Positions 59,864 to 64,000 of a DNA stretch of 64,000 nt are shown in pieces. How positions within the stretch are numbered: the first letter of the stretch is position 1; each line of letters opens with the position of its first letter. A model generated the notes under the pieces. It was not told the origin of the DNA. It made no database searches and was given only the letters and a program-made list of their open reading frames with translations. Source of the DNA: Phycisphaerae bacterium (lineage in GTDB: Bacteria; Planctomycetota; Phycisphaerae; UBA1845; Fen-1342); assembly GCA_050115495.1 (NCBI GenBank), contig JASFQK010000024.1, positions 31,039 to 95,038 on the forward strand. The letters are read 5' to 3'. The position numbers were made by a program, and so were the translations under genes.

Positions 59864-60946
59864 TCACGCCTCTCGCCACGTGAATCGGCGTTTCAATCTG
59901 TTCAGATAGCTCCCCCAGGGCACGATGCCCTCCTTCTGTAGCCGCCCGACCACGATGCCTGGAGATATGCCGATCGACTGAGCGAAACAGACAACCTGCG
60001 CCTGCGTCGTGAGCGTTGGCAGCACCTCCGACCGATCCGGCGGAATCAGGAAATCGGCCGAGAAGCGGTTGGCCCGCTCCTCGCGCGAGCCGTCGCCATC
60101 GTCGCCATCGTCGATGAACACGTCCTTCTTGGCGTCGTTTAGAATGTGGCCGGCTTCGTGGAAGAACGAGAACCAGAACTGGTCCTCGGTCTTGTACCGC
60201 AGGCTGAGCTGAATCAGGGCCTTCGTCGGCGTGAGCCACCGCGCCACGCCGCTCGCCGGGCACTTCCTGATCGGCGGAACGAAAACGACTGCCACCCCCG
60301 CCGCCGCGGCCAATTCGACCATCCTGGGCTCGAAGACGTCTGGCGCCTTCACCGTAAGCATCCGAATCTCGTCCAAGGCAGCGAGGAATCGATTCTTATC
60401 GTACAGCTCCGTCTCGATCTTCTGTGCCGCCAGTTCGCCCAGCCGCAACCAGGCAGCCGTCGCGCCAGGCTCCGCCACGAAACGAGCCGACTGGCGAAAC
60501 GCCGCCTCGGGCTTCATCCACAGCTCATGCCAGGCCGCCGAGTCTCTGACGCCGAAGAAACGCAGCACGGCGTTGAGCAGCGACGGCTTGTCAGGCTGAT
60601 CCTCAACAGCGCCGCGCTTGATCAACTCCCGAGTCGGGATCATCTCCAGCAACCCCAGGTCGGCCTCAAGTCGCTGGCGGTCGTCGATCAGGGCAAGCTG
60701 CTCGCGGTAGTTCGCCTCCAGGTTGTTCCACATGCGGGCCGGCACCCCCGTCACCCGCTCCAGCGCCACGGCCGTGTCGGGAGTGATCGGCGCCTTGCCT
60801 TTGATGATCTCGTTGATCGTCTTGGGCGCCATGCCGGCCCGGACGGCGAGGTCACGCTGCGTCATCCCGAGCGATGCAATCGTCTCCTGCAACGTCTCGC
60901 CCGGTGCAACGGCGTAATCAGGCTCGAAGCTGTATCTCTCTTTCAT
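59864..60946 (-). CDS. higA: HigA-family antitoxin fused to ImmA/IrrE-type metallopeptidase domain
   Basis: APGETLQE..MTQRDLA.RAG..KTINEIIKGKAPIT HTH; FWFSFFHEAGH (HExxH); E.RANRFSADFLIP. Confidence 0.88.
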   Translation of the reverse strand: MKERYSFEPDYAVAPGETLQETIASLGMTQRDLAVRAGMAPKTINEIIKGKAPITPDTAVALERVTGVPARMWNNLEANYREQLALIDDRQRLEADLGLLEMIPTRELIKRGAVEDQPDKPSLLNAVLRFFGVRDSAAWHELWMKPEAAFRQSARFVAEPGATAAWLRLGELAAQKIETELYDKNRFLAALDEIRMLTVKAPDVFEPRMVELAAAAGVAVVFVPPIRKCPASGVARWLTPTKALIQLSLRYKTEDQFWFSFFHEAGHILNDAKKDVFIDDGDDGDGSREERANRFSADFLIPPDRSEVLPTLTTQAQVVCFAQSIGISPGIVVGRLQKEGIVPWGSYLNRLKRRFTWREA

Positions 60947-60979
60947 GGCGCCTTTGCGCATGTGCTGGGCCTCCGGGAA

Positions 60980-61315
60980 TCAGTGCGGATCACACACTTC
61001 CAGCACGAGAACCTTCGTCACGCTGGCCCGGTCGAGTCCGCCGTCCGGCTTCTGCGGCACCGGATCGTGATCGGGCACAAAGATCAGCCGATACGGATGG
61101 GCAAGATCCACCGAAATCTGTCCGGCCCGGTCGCCGGTAAGTTCATGGCACCGCGCCGGCGGCAGATGCGAGATGTCGGCCAGCGTCTCAGCCGCCCTCA
61201 ACTCCATCAGCCTCTGCTGGAGCCGGCGAGCCACAGCACTCCCCCACTTCCTGTGGGCCTCCTTCGCTATGGAGCACACCTTCTGCATGCTGCGGCTGGC
61301 GAAGCTCACTTCCAT
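60980..61315 (-). CDS. higB: HigB-family (RelE-like) toxin
   Basis: MEVSFAS, PPARCHELTGDRAGQISVDLAHPYRLIF; toxin-before-antitoxin order. Confidence 0.88.
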   Translation of the reverse strand: MEVSFASRSMQKVCSIAKEAHRKWGSAVARRLQQRLMELRAAETLADISHLPPARCHELTGDRAGQISVDLAHPYRLIFVPDHDPVPQKPDGGLDRASVTKVLVLEVCDPH

Positions 61316-61336
61316 GACCGGCTTCTGTTAAGATAT

Positions 61337-61365
61337 AGTTTACGTAATACGTTAATGATTTTCAA
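61337..61365 (-). promoter_or_regulatory. higBA promoter with palindromic operator
   Basis: TTGAAA-17 nt-TAAACT; palindrome ACGTA-T-TACGT in the spacer. Confidence 0.7.
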
Positions 61366-61400
61366 GTCCAACGGGGGTCCTGTCAAGTTCCCCGCGGCGG

Positions 61401-62066
61401 TCACTGCCCCTTCCGAAAGTGCCCCACCTCATAAACCTGGCCGAAGATCGGCGGCGTGCTGTACATGGGGATGACGCGGACTTCGTCGAAATGCCGGCCG
61501 GCGGCGGCGCGGACGTCCTGCTCGGTCGAGAAATGATGCTCGCGGATGTTGCAGCCCAGGCAGCGGAACGCCACCACCATGAACAGCCGCTCCACCGGCA
61601 CGCCGTAAACCACCTGCCCGCCGGGCCGCAGGACGCGGCGGATCTCGGTGAAGGCGGCGTCCTGCTGCTCGGGCCGCAGGTGCTCCAGAATGCTGATCAG
61701 CAGCACCGTGTCGAACGTCCCGTCCGCGTACGGCATCTGCGTCACGTCGCCGTTGGCCAGGTGCGTCGGAATGCCGTGCCCGGCGAACAGCGTGCGGATC
61801 TCCTCCACGTCCGCCGTCAGATCCAGCCCGTGGATCTCCTCGTACCGCTCACGCAGGTTCAGAAACGTCAGGCCCGTCCCGAAGCCGACCTCGAGCACGC
61901 GCTTCCCGCCGGTGCACTCACCCAGACACAGCTCCACCCGCCGACGATACATGCCGCCCAACACCGGCCAGTAATAGAACCGGATCGGGTCGGCCTGATT
62001 CACGCCGCGATAGGCGCTGCGCGGCAGCAGCTTGAGACGCGGCCGACTGGTCGTCGTAACGCTCAT
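61401..62066 (-). CDS. Class I SAM-dependent methyltransferase
   Basis: VLEVGFGTG, GDVTQMPYADGTFD, LEHL, RRVLRPGG. Confidence 0.9.
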   Translation of the reverse strand: MSVTTTSRPRLKLLPRSAYRGVNQADPIRFYYWPVLGGMYRRRVELCLGECTGGKRVLEVGFGTGLTFLNLRERYEEIHGLDLTADVEEIRTLFAGHGIPTHLANGDVTQMPYADGTFDTVLLISILEHLRPEQQDAAFTEIRRVLRPGGQVVYGVPVERLFMVVAFRCLGCNIREHHFSTEQDVRAAAGRHFDEVRVIPMYSTPPIFGQVYEVGHFRKGQ

Positions 62067-62151
62067 GCAGGAGTTCTCCGCGAAAGACCGCCCGGTGTTC
62101 GGCGATGTCCGGCGGTCGAGGCGAGCGGGATCATACCAGGACAGGCCGTCA

Positions 62152-63699
62152 TCAGACGAACTTCAGCCGCCCCGCCGCGAAGAGCACCATCCGCAACAGG
62201 ATCATCCCGTGCTTCCAGCGATCGATGTTGGTGTCGCCGTAGGTGCGCTCGCGATAGCGGATCGGCAGATCGACGATCCTGAGGTTGAGCTTGGCCGCGC
62301 CGAAAAGCAGGTCGAAATCGCCGAACGGATCGAAGTCGCCGAAATAGGCCCGATTGGCGGCGATCTTCTCGTAGTCGCGTTTCCACATGACCTTCGTGCC
62401 GCAGAGCGTGTCCTTGACGGGCTGGCCCAGCGTGTACGTGAAGGCCGCGCTGAAGAACTTGTTGCCGAGCAGGTTGAAGAACCGCATGGCGCGGTCTTCC
62501 ATCGGATAGACGAGGCGGACGCCGTTGATGAACTCGCCCCGCCCGCTGCGCAGCGCCTGGTAGAACAGCGGCAGGTCCTCGGGCGCGACGGTCAGGTCGG
62601 CGTCGAGAATGAGGACAATGTCGCCTTTGGCCCGGGCGAAGCCCAGCCGCACCGCATCACCCTTGCCCTTGCCCGTCTGCCGCATGAGCTGGCAGCGGCG
62701 CTGCGGGTTGGCGGCGATGCCCTGCTCGATCGCCTCGTACGTATTGTCCGACGAGCCACCCTCGACGAAGACGAGTTCGGTGCCGCGGCCGAGTTCGGGC
62801 ACACGCTCAAAGATCTTCGGGACGTTCCCGGCCTCGTTGCGTGCCGGCACGATCACCGAAACGAGCGGCTCCTCCTCGAGCTCCAAGCCGAGCGCCTCGG
62901 GCCGGGCCACGATGAAGTTGGTCAGGGCGAGGTGGCGGAACGGCCAGAGCTTCGCCAGGAAGCGGTTGCACAGGCCGCCCAGCAGCGGAATCGGCAGCGG
63001 CAGGAGCACCTCTTCCCAGTGCCGCATCATCTCAAAGCCGGTCAGCCGCAGCAGGTTCGCGATGTCGGGCACGGTCAGCCAGTTCTGCCGCAGCGTCGGC
63101 TTGGCCAGCCCGAACCGTTCGGTCAGCGTCAGCGGCAGCTCCCACAGCCGACTGTACGAATTCAGGATGATGCGGGTCTGCGGCGTGCACAACGGCCGCA
63201 GGCGCTGCAACACAAGCTGCACGTCCCAGACGTCGTTGAGCAGGTCCGACAGGATGATGACGTCGAACTGCTCGTCGAGCCGCAGCTCGTGAGCGTCGGC
63301 GTGAATCAGGCGCAGCTCCGGGTGGCGCTCGCCCGCCCGCTTGAGCATCTCCGGGGAGAAATCGACGCCGACGCCGACCGCCGGCTTGAGCGACGCCAGC
63401 AGGTCGCCGCGAGCGCAGCCGATTTCGAGCACGCGCAGTCCGGGCGGCACCAGAAAGCGATAGACCTCGCCCAGTCGGCGGTGGTATTCGCCACCCCACG
63501 ATCGCCAATGGTCGAGATGACGGGCGAGGGCATCCCACCGGCGAATCCGGCGGTGCCGATACTGCATCGCCGCCGCATCGTCCAGGCGGCTCGCGAGCAG
63601 CTCCCGCCGCTGGTTCCAGGTGGCGGGCAGCGGTGTCGTATCGTCAGCACCGGCGGCGCGCGGGGCACTCTGCTCGGCAGATGTGGACGGTACCTGCAT
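62152..63699 (-). CDS. Methyltransferase-domain + family 2 glycosyltransferase fusion
   Basis: VLEIGCARG..GVDFS; then VSVIVPARNEAGN, VEGGSSD, GKGDAVR, LDADL, DTLCGTK. Confidence 0.9.
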   Translation of the reverse strand: MQVPSTSAEQSAPRAAGADDTTPLPATWNQRRELLASRLDDAAAMQYRHRRIRRWDALARHLDHWRSWGGEYHRRLGEVYRFLVPPGLRVLEIGCARGDLLASLKPAVGVGVDFSPEMLKRAGERHPELRLIHADAHELRLDEQFDVIILSDLLNDVWDVQLVLQRLRPLCTPQTRIILNSYSRLWELPLTLTERFGLAKPTLRQNWLTVPDIANLLRLTGFEMMRHWEEVLLPLPIPLLGGLCNRFLAKLWPFRHLALTNFIVARPEALGLELEEEPLVSVIVPARNEAGNVPKIFERVPELGRGTELVFVEGGSSDNTYEAIEQGIAANPQRRCQLMRQTGKGKGDAVRLGFARAKGDIVLILDADLTVAPEDLPLFYQALRSGRGEFINGVRLVYPMEDRAMRFFNLLGNKFFSAAFTYTLGQPVKDTLCGTKVMWKRDYEKIAANRAYFGDFDPFGDFDLLFGAAKLNLRIVDLPIRYRERTYGDTNIDRWKHGMILLRMVLFAAGRLKFV

Positions 63700-63804
63700 C
63701 GTTTCGGGCTCTTCTTAGAACGTGACCGCGAAGCTCAAGGGACTCCGCCGAGTCTACGTGACCTGCGCAGACCGGTCAACACAAACCGCCCGCGGCGCTC
63801 TGGC

Positions 63805-63861
63805 GTTGGGCGGGTTCTGCCCGCCGACGCTTCGCTGGCGTAGGCCGGGTTTCACCCGCCG
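63805..63861 (+). repeat. Two tandem REP-like palindromes, family B
   Basis: GTTGGGCGGGTTCTGCCCGCCG and GTAGGCCGGGTTTCACCCGCCG. Confidence 0.6.
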
Positions 63862-64000
63862 ATACTCCACTCGTGTAATCCCATGAAAGGCTGCCTCCTG
63901 CCGGGAACGGTTATCGTTTCCGGTGGGATTCTCTGGAAGCAGGAGACAGCCATGGGAATGCAGACGAGCGTATCGCAGATTGGGATGGACGTCCACCGAA
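63862..64000 (+). mobile_element. Left end and first codons of a probable IS110/IS1111-family transposase (ATG 63952, truncated by the window)
   Basis: AGGAG SD; MGMQTSVSQIGMDVHR matches the xGxDVH first catalytic Asp motif of DEDD IS110 recombinases. Element boundary approximate. Confidence 0.65.

Noticed and set aside
52355..61400. Integrative island or prophage inserted at selC
   Set aside because: No integrase, phage genes or duplicated tRNA 3' end were seen in the window.

Overview
High-GC bacterial chromosome segment, most consistent with Planctomycetota (Phycisphaerae-like), based on PEP-CTERM proteins, a DUF1559-type prepilin-like protein, PQQ/BamB-like propellers, zinc-ribbon proteins and mreB. 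It is mostly housekeeping: mreB, phoH-7TM-HD-ybeY, lpxK, purN, dxs-ispA-squalene/phytoene synthase, aat, acetoacetate-CoA ligase, an RND pump, lolDE and lysS. It also carries a tRNA-Sec (selC), a higBA module, several REP-like palindrome families and the first codons of an IS110-family transposase at the right edge. The strongest novel signal is a secreted PEP-CTERM gene (7334-7981, minus strand) that the ORF track splits in two at an in-frame TGA in a Cys-Gly-TGA context. The TGA is followed by a hairpin whose loop (AGGUCC) nearly matches the E. coli fdhF SECIS loop, which makes this a candidate surface-anchored selenoprotein. Other points of interest are a tandem pair of small uncharacterised paralogues with long leaders, a Maf-like glycosyltransferase coupled to a degenerate radical-SAM/SPASM protein, a PEP-CTERM papain/IdeS-like peptidase, and a frameshifted secreted beta-helix protein. 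All family calls come from motif recognition by eye; no database searches were run.
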